Shown here one piece after another: positions 55,408-64,000 of a stretch of DNA of 64,000 nt. The stretch is from contig JAPLEO010000110.1 in NCBI GenBank assembly GCA_026391125.1, positions 7-64,006 of the forward strand, written 5' to 3'. A program made the position numbers and the translations under genes. Each line of letters starts with the position of its first letter. Positions within the stretch are counted from its first letter, which is position 1. This DNA is from Bacteroidota bacterium (GTDB lineage Bacteria > Bacteroidota > Bacteroidia > Chitinophagales > Chitinophagaceae). Below the pieces are notes generated by a model. That model was not told where the DNA came from, searched no databases, and saw only the letters and a program-made list of their open reading frames with translations.

Positions 55408-57750
55408 TTATTTTGGTAAAATGATTATAAATTCGGTTCCTTCACCTTCTTTTGTTTCTACTTTCAATTCTCCACCATGTGCTTTTACAATATCATAACT
55501 CAAACTTAAACCCAGCCCTGTACCTTTTCCGGTAGGTTTGGTTGTAAAAAATGGTTGAAAGATTTTATCAAGATTTTTTTGAGCAATCCCATTACCATTA
55601 TCCTTCACTGAAATGATGATATTATTTGCTGTTTTCTTTGTTGTCAACGAAACTGTAGGATCATAATTAAGGGCCCCTTTTTTCTTTTTTTCATCCACTA
55701 CATAAAAAGCATTTGTAAAAAGGTTCAAGATTACCCTGCCAATATCTTGAGGAACAACATTAATATTTCCAATTGATGGATCCAAATTTGTTTCCATTTT
55801 TGCATTGAATGATTTGTCTTTAGCTCTCAAGCCATGATAGGAGAGACGTAAGTATTCTTCGGCCAATACATTGATATCTGTAGGTTCTTTCACTCCAGAG
55901 CTGCTTCGGCTATGTTGTAGCATCCCTTTTACGATTCCGTCTGCACGTTTGCCGTGGTGATTGATTTTATCCTCATTATCGATTACATCTTTTGCAATCT
56001 TTTTTACTTCTACATAATTACCCTTATCAATTTCTTCGTTTAATTCTGTTAATAGCTCTTGGTTGATTTCTGAAAAATTATTAATAAAATTTAATGGGTT
56101 CTGGATCTCATGGGCAATGCCTGCGGTAAGTTCTCCGAGTGAAGCCATTTTTTCGGATTGAATCAATTGTTTTTGAGTGGTTTTTAATTCACCCAAAGTT
56201 GTTTCCAGTTCCTTTTTTTGTTTTTGCAATAAACTATATGCTTTTTGTTTGTGCTGATTATTTCTATATAAGAGAAACACAACAACTAGTATTCCTGTAA
56301 TGATCGAGATCAAACCATACATTCTTACCCGATTATCATAATCTTGCTTAGCTTCTTTACTTTGTTGTTCTAATTGCTGGCGTCGGGAGGATTCATTAAA
56401 AGTAAGTGTTTGAAACTGACGGATCTTATCGGTATTATATAGGCTGTCTTTTAATGTAACAGAAAGCTGTAAGTATTTATAGGCACTATCTAGTTGGTGA
56501 TTTGATTTATATAGATCAGCAATGATTGGGCTGATTTCTGCTATAAAATAGTTTGAATTTTCGCCCCATGATTGTACTGTTTTTTTCTTTGTTTGATAAA
56601 AAGTTAAAGCCATTTTTGCATAATATAAAGCGGAGTCTATTTGACCATCGTTTTGAAATGTCTTAGCCATTCCAAAATGAGTTTTTGTTAACCAATAGTC
56701 ATTCGGATGTGCAAGAGATAATCTATAGAATTTTAAAGCTGTTTTATTATCTCCTTTTGCTGAATAGCAGTCTGCAAGTATTTGATGGCAAGAGGCTAAA
56801 TATGCTTGTTCAAAAGCAAATCCTTTTAAGTTTATTAATTGATTTGCATAAATCAATGCAGAATCAGGTAAATGCAAGTTTAAAAATGCATTTATAATGA
56901 TATTGTTTACTCTCCACCTATTCAAAGAATAACTTGGATCATTTGGGTTCAATGTGTGAAAAATAGAATCAGCAAATTTTCCATATACAAGTTCATGCTG
57001 ATAATCTTTCATTGCTCTATAATCGAAAGCGATGTTATTTATAGCCTGTATTAGTAAAGATTTATCAGATGCTTTCTCTGCTATTTTTAAGTTTTCGAAT
57101 CTCAGTTCCAAAGATTTTGGATAATTACCTAGGGAATGCATCAAAGTAGCTACCACTTCCTTAAGACTCAGAAATTGATATATCGATCTTGAATCATTAT
57201 TTGATAATTGTTTATCAGTAGCGTTTATACGTTGCTGTAATTGAAGTGCAGTTTGTGCATAATATAAAGCGGAATCCGCATTATAATATTCAGTAAAAAA
57301 TGCGTAAGAATAAGCAATCGTTGCTAATACTTTTAATCGATTACTATCCTCTTTTGCTTTATTTAAAGCATACCATTTATCAAGGAACATCTGATCTCGC
57401 CATCTTTCTACACTATCGGTAATTGTAGTGTCTTTTTTTATAGAAATGATTCGATCCGGAACTTCATCACCATCATCTTGTTTTTCAACACTAAGCCAAC
57501 TGCCTCTGTGAAATTTGTATTTAATGGGGCCAGCTTTTAAATTCAAAGTGATGGACTTTGAATGATCACCAGTTGCATGCATCAAATAATTATTATTAGC
57601 AGTAGAATCCCAATTAGCAAAATTGCCGGTAATGAATATACTATCGTGTTGTATGACTGTCTTCTCTTTTAATAAGAAAGTCACTTTGATTTGGGCATGC
57701 AAATTCATTGCCAAGAACACAGAAATAATCAGACCAAAAATACTTTTCAT
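55408..57750 (-). CDS. Sensor histidine kinase: signal peptide, CBM48/AMPK-GBD-like module, TPR repeats, TM, HisKA, HATPase_c (array member 1, intact)
   Basis: IFITGNFANWD...IKYKFHRGSW module. H-box GIAHEIQNPLNF, N-box NLFTNAFY, G1 DNGNGI, G2 GTGLGL. Confidence 0.9.
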   Translation of the reverse strand: MKSIFGLIISVFLAMNLHAQIKVTFLLKEKTVIQHDSIFITGNFANWDSTANNNYLMHATGDHSKSITLNLKAGPIKYKFHRGSWLSVEKQDDGDEVPDRIISIKKDTTITDSVERWRDQMFLDKWYALNKAKEDSNRLKVLATIAYSYAFFTEYYNADSALYYAQTALQLQQRINATDKQLSNNDSRSIYQFLSLKEVVATLMHSLGNYPKSLELRFENLKIAEKASDKSLLIQAINNIAFDYRAMKDYQHELVYGKFADSIFHTLNPNDPSYSLNRWRVNNIIINAFLNLHLPDSALIYANQLINLKGFAFEQAYLASCHQILADCYSAKGDNKTALKFYRLSLAHPNDYWLTKTHFGMAKTFQNDGQIDSALYYAKMALTFYQTKKKTVQSWGENSNYFIAEISPIIADLYKSNHQLDSAYKYLQLSVTLKDSLYNTDKIRQFQTLTFNESSRRQQLEQQSKEAKQDYDNRVRMYGLISIITGILVVVFLLYRNNQHKQKAYSLLQKQKKELETTLGELKTTQKQLIQSEKMASLGELTAGIAHEIQNPLNFINNFSEINQELLTELNEEIDKGNYVEVKKIAKDVIDNEDKINHHGKRADGIVKGMLQHSRSSSGVKEPTDINVLAEEYLRLSYHGLRAKDKSFNAKMETNLDPSIGNINVVPQDIGRVILNLFTNAFYVVDEKKKKGALNYDPTVSLTTKKTANNIIISVKDNGNGIAQKNLDKIFQPFFTTKPTGKGTGLGLSLSYDIVKAHGGELKVETKEGEGTEFIIILPK

Positions 57751-57788
57751 GAAACCATTTTAAAATTCGTTCATTATCAAAACCTTTC

Positions 57789-59955
57789 TTAAACTATAGG
57801 AATCTCTATAATAAATTCTGTCCCTTCCCCTTCTTTCGTTTCCACTTTCAATTCCCCACCATGTGCTTTTACAATATCATAGCTTAAACTCAATCCCAAG
57901 CCAGTTCCCTGTCCTGTTGGTTTGGTTGTAAAGAAGGGCTGGAAAATTTTATCCATTATGTTTTTAGGGATTCCATTTCCATTGTCCTTAATGGAAATTA
58001 ATATATTTTTTTCTGTTTTTTGGGTTTTCACATTAATCGTAGGCTCATAATTGGCTGGCTCATAGAATAACACGACCTATATCCTGTGAAATGATATTGA
58101 CCTTTCCAATACTTTCATCAAAATCAGTTTTCATTTTGGCATTAAAAGATTTGTCTTTGGCGCGAAGTCCATGATAGGCGAGGCGCAGGTATTCATCAGC
58201 CAATGCATTGATATCAGTTGGTTCTTTTTGTCCACTACTGCTGCGGCTATGTTGGAGCATTCCTCGCACAATGTCGCCGGCGCGTTTGCCGTGGTGGTTA
58301 ATTTTTTGTTCATTTTCTTTAATTTCATTTGAAATGGCAATAGCTTCTTCCGTATTTCCGGTTTTTAGTTCCTGTTGTAATTCATCTATTAATTCTGTGT
58401 TTACTTCTGAAAAATTATTGACGAAGTTTAGTGGGTTTTGAATTTCATGGGCAATACCTGCTGTGAGTTCTCCTAGCGATGCCATCTTCTCTGATTGGAT
58501 CAATTGCGCTTGGGCTGCTTTTAAACTGTCTAAGGAATTTTGTAGTTCTCTGGTGCGCTCTGCAACTTCTTTTTCCAATCTTTCATTTTGTTGAGAGATT
58601 AATAAAATTTTCTCTGCTTCTTTTTCCTTTTCCATTCTTTCTTTATCAATGATCTCTTCGGTTAATTTTTCTTGGATGGATTGATAGCGTTTAAATAATA
58701 ACCAGGAAAAAAATAATATTAGCCATAACAACATAAGTAAAGTAATTAAAGAACTCCAGTTGTTGATCCATTGAATAAATGAAGGTTGCTTGACTTTATA
58801 ATATTTATCAAGCATGCCATAATAAAATTGTACGCTAAGTACCGGACCAAAATAGAAAAAGAATGGAACTGTTGCCAGTAACCTATTATTAATTTTCACT
58901 TTTTTATTGAGCAGCACTAAAAAAATAGTAAGAAATAAAAAGTCTAAAAAAAGATAAACAAAAACTATTACTGAGTCGCCAATTCTGTCATACAAAAATT
59001 GTTTAATTGGAATGAAGGTTATCCATGCTAATACAATCCATACTAATACAATAAAGTAATTATAGAATTTTAAAAATTTGTCCCACTTGGGTAAATATAT
59101 TTGGGTTCTAAAAAAATACCTGACAAATAGCATTAACGAAAAAAACCAACAAATAAGGGTCAGATAATTTACAATTAACAATGTTATAGTAAAAGAATAC
59201 CCAAAAAGCAAATCCGAATATTGGAAAAAAGAATTGAGTCCGAAGGAAATCAAGAATAATGAAAAATATAGGTATTCTTTTTCTTTAGTTGCACGATAAA
59301 AGGTAATATTAATAAAAAAGGCAAGGATGATGATACCTATTAAAATTGCATTAACAATATTGTCAAAATCGGATGTATAGGTAAGTTTATTTTTAATATC
59401 CCGACTTTTCTGTAAGTAAGCCGGCATCACATTAAAAGTGAGTTTATTGGGTATTAAACCACGAAGAGTATTATGCAGTCTTGTATAAATAGTGATCTCC
59501 TGAAAAGGTTGCAGTGTAAGGGTTGCAATAAATAACATCTTATAACCATCTCTTTTGGATTTATGATATGACCATCCAGTTTTTAAATGTTGCCATTGCA
59601 AAGTTGAATCAGCAAAATAGATATCAGTTTCCATTGCCTCTGCAGGGATGCCCATTTCCACAGTTTTATTCAGGGTATTCTTTATCCGTACATGATACCA
59701 AAATGTTTTTACAGTAAAATCAGATTGCTTAGTAGTATCAAACTGCCTGAATCTATTTGCAAATGCCGGATTTGAAACTATTTTAAAATCGGTGGTACCC
59801 AAACTATCATCCCAGACCCGCCAGAATTTTCTTTCTACTTTAAATTCAGCAACTGTATCAGTTGTAATTAAAAAAGTTTCGGGCAAAACATTTTGCGCAA
59901 CTGAGCACAAGGGCAGAAAAGAAAAACAAATTATTTTTATCAGATTCTTCATCAT
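57789..59955 (-). pseudogene. 7TMR-DISM-type sensor histidine kinase, interrupted (array member 2)
   Basis: Body ORF 58060-59955 has a 7TMR-DISMED2-like ectodomain, 7 TM helices and H-box GIAHEIQNPLNF, and stops after DIGRVIL. Tail ORF 57789-58073 carries the G1/F/G2 boxes and is in the +1 frame. The N-box codons present in intact paralogues are absent. Confidence 0.8.
57922..58062. repeat. 141-bp block identical to 60096-60236 (kinase tail cassette, copy A)
   Basis: Base-by-base comparison shows 141/141 identity. The adjacent 81 bp (57841-57921 vs 60015-60095) differ at 8 positions. Identity ends exactly at the interruption point. Confidence 0.95.
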
Positions 59956-59965
59956 AGCAGTTTTA

Positions 59966-61886
59966 TTAAATAGGTAATATGATTAGAAATGTTGTGCCTT
60001 CACTTTCTTTTGTCTCCACTTTCAACTCCCCACCATGTGCTTTTACAATATCATAGCTTAAACTCAATCCTAAACCGGTACCTTGTCCAGTTGGCTTGGT
60101 TGTAAAGAAGGGCTGGAAAATTTTATCCATTATGTTTTTAGGGATTCCATTTCCATTGTCCTTAATGGAAATTAATATATTTTTTTCTGTTTTTTGGGTT
60201 TTCACATTAATCGTAGGCTCATAATTGGCTGGCTCACTGTGGTATGATATTTACCAATCCAATAGACGGATCAAAATTTGTATGCATGGTCGCATTGAAT
60301 AATTTGTCTTTAGCTCTTAATCCATGATAGGAGAGGCGTAAGTATTCATCAGCCAGTTTGTTGATATCGGTAGGTTCTTTCACTCCGTTGCTACTTCTTG
60401 AATGTTGTAGCATCCCTTTTACAATCGCATCGGCACGTTTGCCGTGGTGATTGATTTTTTCTTCGTTATCAATAACATCTTTTGCAATCGCTTTTACTTC
60501 CTGATAATTGCCTCGATTAATTTCATCATTTAATTCATTCAATAATTCCTTATTCACTTCCGAAAAATTATTGACGAAATTTAATGGGTTCTGGATCTCA
60601 TGAGCAATACCAGCGGTAAGCTCCCCAAGGCTTGCCATCTTTTCGGATTGGATGAGTTGGGACTGTGTGGATGTAAGTTCAGAAAGCGTTTTTTCAGCGA
60701 AAACCTTTTGCCTGTTTATCTCTTCTTTTTGATAATGCAATAAGGCATTGGCCTTTTGTTTCTGCTTGTTATTTCGGTAAAGAAATGACGCAATCAAAAG
60801 GAACACCACTAACCCAGCCAGCATCACATACTGCTTTAAACGATTTTGATAGGCAGCCTGTGTCATATCTAATTCGTATTGCCGTTCCTCTTCATCAAAA
60901 ACTGCAAGGTTTTGCATACTATTCAGATTTCCAAAACTGTTCTGTTTTTGTATTGCCTCCAGGGCCATTTTCTGGTATTTAAGGGCAAGTGACAAGTTGC
61001 TTTTTTCATACATTGTAGACAAAAAAATACTGACTGTTGCAATGGAATTGCCAATGTTGCTTTTTTGTGCGTCGGCAAGAGCTTTTTGTGCATAATAGAT
61101 ACAAGAATCAATTTGCCCTGCCTGTTGATAGATCTCCGCAATTTCAAGGTTTGATTTAAATGTAAAAATATATTGACCGCTTGAATAGCCAGCCAACAGG
61201 CTTTGTCGAAAATAACTGAGCGCAAGCGGTACATTTCCTTTTTTTAATTGGAGCCTGGCAAGTGTTATAAAATTGGTACTACTCATAGATTCCGACCCAT
61301 AGCGCTTGATATGATTATCTGCCATCAGGCAATAATACAAGGCAGAGTCTGTTTGATTCATTAAATAATATGCCCTTCCGATTTGTACTTCTGACGTTAC
61401 CGCCTTGTAATAATTATGCAATGAGTCGAAGAGCTGCTTTGACTTTTTATGATAAAACACTGCCCGGGCGATATCGTCTGTTTGTCTGTATATTACCCCA
61501 AGCCTGTTATATACTTCCCCCCGGCCTATCGTAAAATTGTATTTCTCCGAAATCCGTAAGGCCTTCAACTCCAATTCCAGCGCCCGAGAGTGATTGCTAG
61601 CCAGGGAAAGTGCAAACCCCATCATCAAAAGGGATCTAAATTCCCCTTCGTGAAATTTTATTTTCCGAGATAGTATCAAAGCTTGCTGGGCGTAGAATAA
61701 AGCAGAGTCAGCGTTAGTGTACTTATATTGGTTAACCAGTTCCACCATCGACAGAACATTACTGGTATCGATCTTGCTTATGGAAAGCTCCTGTTTCAAG
61801 CTGTCGATGATGGCTTGCTGATTGCTCTGTGCAAAGCACGGCTGTGATAAAGACCCAATAAGGAACAGACTTATCAACTTTTTCAT
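59966..61886 (-). pseudogene. TPR-type sensor histidine kinase, interrupted (array member 3)
   Basis: Body ORF 60234-61886 has a signal peptide, TPR repeats, a TM helix and an H-box, and stops after GLVNIIPQ. Tail ORF 59966-60205 carries the G1/F/G2 boxes and is in the +1 frame. The GRVIL-N-box segment is absent. Confidence 0.8.
60096..60236. repeat. 141-bp block identical to 57922-58062 (kinase tail cassette, copy B)
   Basis: See copy A. Confidence 0.95.
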
Positions 61887-63853
61887 TATACAATGGATTT
61901 AAAGGGTAATTGAATAATAAATTCACTTCCTTCGTTTTCTTTTGTTTCCACTTTCAATTCCCCACCATGCGCTTTAATAATATCATAACTTAAACTCAAA
62001 CCTAACCCTGTTCCCTGGCCTGTTGGCTTGGTAGTGAAGAAGGGTTGGAAGATCTTATCTAAAACTTTCTGTGGTATTCCATTTCCATTATCCGCAACGG
62101 AGATCTGTATTTTCCCCGCAGAATTTTTGGTGGCGACGGTAACTGTTGGCTCATAACCCTCACCAACCATTTTTTTCTTCTCTGCAACAGCATAAAAAGA
62201 ATTGGTGATCAGGTTAAGGATTACTCTTCCAATTTCCTGCGGAATCAGATCGATCTTACCGATCGACGCATCAAATTTTGTGACCAATGTTGCATTGAAA
62301 TCTTTATCCTTGGCCCGCAAACCATGATAAGCTAACCGTAAATACTCATCAGCCAAAGCGTTGATATCAGTAGGTTCTTTTTGTCCGTTGCTGCTGCGGC
62401 TGTGTTGTAGCATGCCTTTAACAATGGCATCGGCGCGTTTGCCATGGTGGTTTATTTTTTGTTCATTGTCTTTGATGTCGTTTGAAATGGCTGTTGCTTC
62501 TTCGGTGTTGCCGGTTTTTAATTCCTTTTGTAATTCATCGATCAATTCGGTGTTCACTTCCGAAAAATTATTGACGAAGTTTAATGGGTTTTGAATTTCA
62601 TGAGCAATGCCTGCTGTAAGCTCACCCAAACTTGCCATTTTTTCGGATTGGATGAGTTGCGATTGGGTGGATTTTAGATTTGTCAACGTTGCTTCTAAAA
62701 TTTTATTGGCATTTTGCTTTTGTCTGTTATTAAAGTAAAGAATAGAAGCCACAATCAAAAATATTCCAAGCCCCCCCAGTAAAATGAATTGCTTCTGCCT
62801 GTTTTGACTTTCAATACGTTCTGCCTCTAGAGTTTTCTGTCGTTCCTGTTCATCCAAAATAATCCTCTGCAATTCAAGGAACCTTTTTATTCCTGTCAGA
62901 TTATCCTTTTCTTGATTGGCTATGGATAAATATTTATAAGCACTGTCGTTCTGGTTCCTTTTTTTATATAAATCGCTTATAAGGACAGAAGCATCATAAA
63001 CGCCTTTTCTGAACGTAACGGCATTTCCGGTTTGCAATGCATTATAAGCATACTTCAAACTAGAGTCAGGCATGTTGAGATCATTATACAATTTTGCCAG
63101 AAATAAGGTATTCGCAGTGAGGTTACGTAAATCATTATCGATATTAGCCTCGATGATTCCCTGTTTATAATAATGCATTGCCTTTTCTTTATCTCCTTTC
63201 AATTTATAGGCATTGCCCATTCTAAACATCATTTCAGGCCAGGTTACAAAATTTCTATTATTATATCTTAATTTACTTGCCTTATACACCTGTTGCTGAT
63301 AATATAAAGCAGAGTCTGGCAGATTCATTAATTCATAGATATTCCCAATATTCGAAATTTCGTTATAAATCAATGCTGAGTCACTCAACACTTCAAACAG
63401 TTCTTTGGACCTGAAATAATATTCATTCGCCTTCTTATAATCTGCCAATTCCATATACGTATTTCCAATGCGGTTAAAAGCCATGGCTATCGTAGCGGTA
63501 TCTTTTAATTTTTGAGCAATATCCAGTGCTTCAAATTGAAACTGAAGCGACTCCGGCAACCTTCCACTTTCCAAAACTGTTGCACCTTTTAATGATAACA
63601 TACCTGCACGCACAAGAGGCAATTGCAATTTAACTGCATAATCAAGAGCCAGGTCAGTATAATAAAGCGAAGAATCTACATTAGAAAACCGAAGGCCTGA
63701 TGCTAATTGCATTGAAAGATTTAATCTTATTGAATCATTGATTTCCGCATACAACTGCCTTTTAAATTTGGAAATATCTTCATTCGATATTTGTGCGAAA
63801 GAGGAAAAGGTTAAACATCCAAATAGAGTAATTGCCAACAATAATTTTTTCAT
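61886..63853 (-). CDS. Sensor histidine kinase: signal peptide, TPR repeats, TM, HisKA, HATPase_c (array member 4, intact)
   Basis: H-box GIAHEIQNPLNF, N-box NLITNSFYAV, G1 DNGNGI, G2 GTGLGL. Its stop overlaps the start of member 3 (TAATG). Confidence 0.9.
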   Translation of the reverse strand: MKKLLLAITLFGCLTFSSFAQISNEDISKFKRQLYAEINDSIRLNLSMQLASGLRFSNVDSSLYYTDLALDYAVKLQLPLVRAGMLSLKGATVLESGRLPESLQFQFEALDIAQKLKDTATIAMAFNRIGNTYMELADYKKANEYYFRSKELFEVLSDSALIYNEISNIGNIYELMNLPDSALYYQQQVYKASKLRYNNRNFVTWPEMMFRMGNAYKLKGDKEKAMHYYKQGIIEANIDNDLRNLTANTLFLAKLYNDLNMPDSSLKYAYNALQTGNAVTFRKGVYDASVLISDLYKKRNQNDSAYKYLSIANQEKDNLTGIKRFLELQRIILDEQERQKTLEAERIESQNRQKQFILLGGLGIFLIVASILYFNNRQKQNANKILEATLTNLKSTQSQLIQSEKMASLGELTAGIAHEIQNPLNFVNNFSEVNTELIDELQKELKTGNTEEATAISNDIKDNEQKINHHGKRADAIVKGMLQHSRSSNGQKEPTDINALADEYLRLAYHGLRAKDKDFNATLVTKFDASIGKIDLIPQEIGRVILNLITNSFYAVAEKKKMVGEGYEPTVTVATKNSAGKIQISVADNGNGIPQKVLDKIFQPFFTTKPTGQGTGLGLSLSYDIIKAHGGELKVETKENEGSEFIIQLPFKSIV

Positions 63854-63861
63854 GCTTTTGT

Positions 63862-64000
63862 TTATAATGGTAATACTATCTTAAATGATGTGCCCACTCC
63901 TTCTTTGGTCTCTACTTTCAATTCCCCCCCATGCGCCTTCACAATATCATAACTCAAACTCAAGCCTAACCCTGTTCCCTGGCCGGTGGGTTTAGTAGTG
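63862..64000 (-). CDS. C-terminal end of a fifth paralogous histidine kinase (partial, runs off the window)
   Basis: Manual translation of the minus strand gives [44 protein letters not shown]-stop. This matches the tails of the other array members. Confidence 0.75.
   Translation of the reverse strand, partial: TTKPTGQGTGLGLSLSYDIVKAHGGELKVETKEGVGTSFKIVLPL

Noticed and set aside
58055-58075. Programmed +1 ribosomal frameshift at the TGA of the interrupted kinases (also 60228-60245)
   Set aside because: The tail is in the +1 frame in both cases. However, the P-site codons (CUA, CAG) cannot re-pair in the +1 frame. Even a shifted product would still lack the N-box, so recoding would not restore a normal ATPase domain.
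58208-58441. Antisense ORF conserved with 62361-62594 (MISVGSFCPLLLRLC...)
   Set aside because: The conservation is a by-product of nucleotide similarity between the paralogous kinase cores. Both ORFs lie wholly inside kinase coding sequence.

Overview
Gene-dense chromosomal segment that looks like Bacteroidota, possibly Chitinophagia or Sphingobacteriia. The taxonomic guess rests on gene content, TPR- and 7TMR-DISM-type sensor kinases, and near-absence of Shine-Dalgarno sequences. Positions 1-44,000 carry mostly housekeeping and peripheral metabolism genes: ABC-F ATPase, FKBP isomerase, gcvP, folK, sppA, queG, clpB, cold-shock protein, purine nucleoside phosphorylase, peptidases, MFS transporters and TetR/DeoR regulators. 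A tRNA-Leu(CAG) at 44036-44119 marks a change of character. It is followed by about 1.7 kb of poorly coding DNA with a Bro-N/DinD-like gene, then an ~18 kb signal-transduction island. The island has two converging, tightly coupled operons. (1) PAS protein, CheR-like methyltransferase, hybrid HAMP-GAF kinase with two REC domains, and a REC-PAS3 protein ending in an H-box with no ATPase domain. (2) At least five co-directional paralogous sensor kinases, followed by a CheY-like REC, a REC-class III nucleotide cyclase and an HD-YitT membrane fusion. Two of the five kinases are interrupted at the same point. Both lack the N-box and both join an identical 141-bp tail cassette. A second unexplained signal is a family of C-free heptanucleotide elements (GTGAAGA/GATAAAA/GTGAGRA). 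They start 5-10 nt after stop codons at three convergent gene junctions and expand to 22 tandem heptamers downstream of clpB. No rRNA, CRISPR array, transposase or integrase was recognised.
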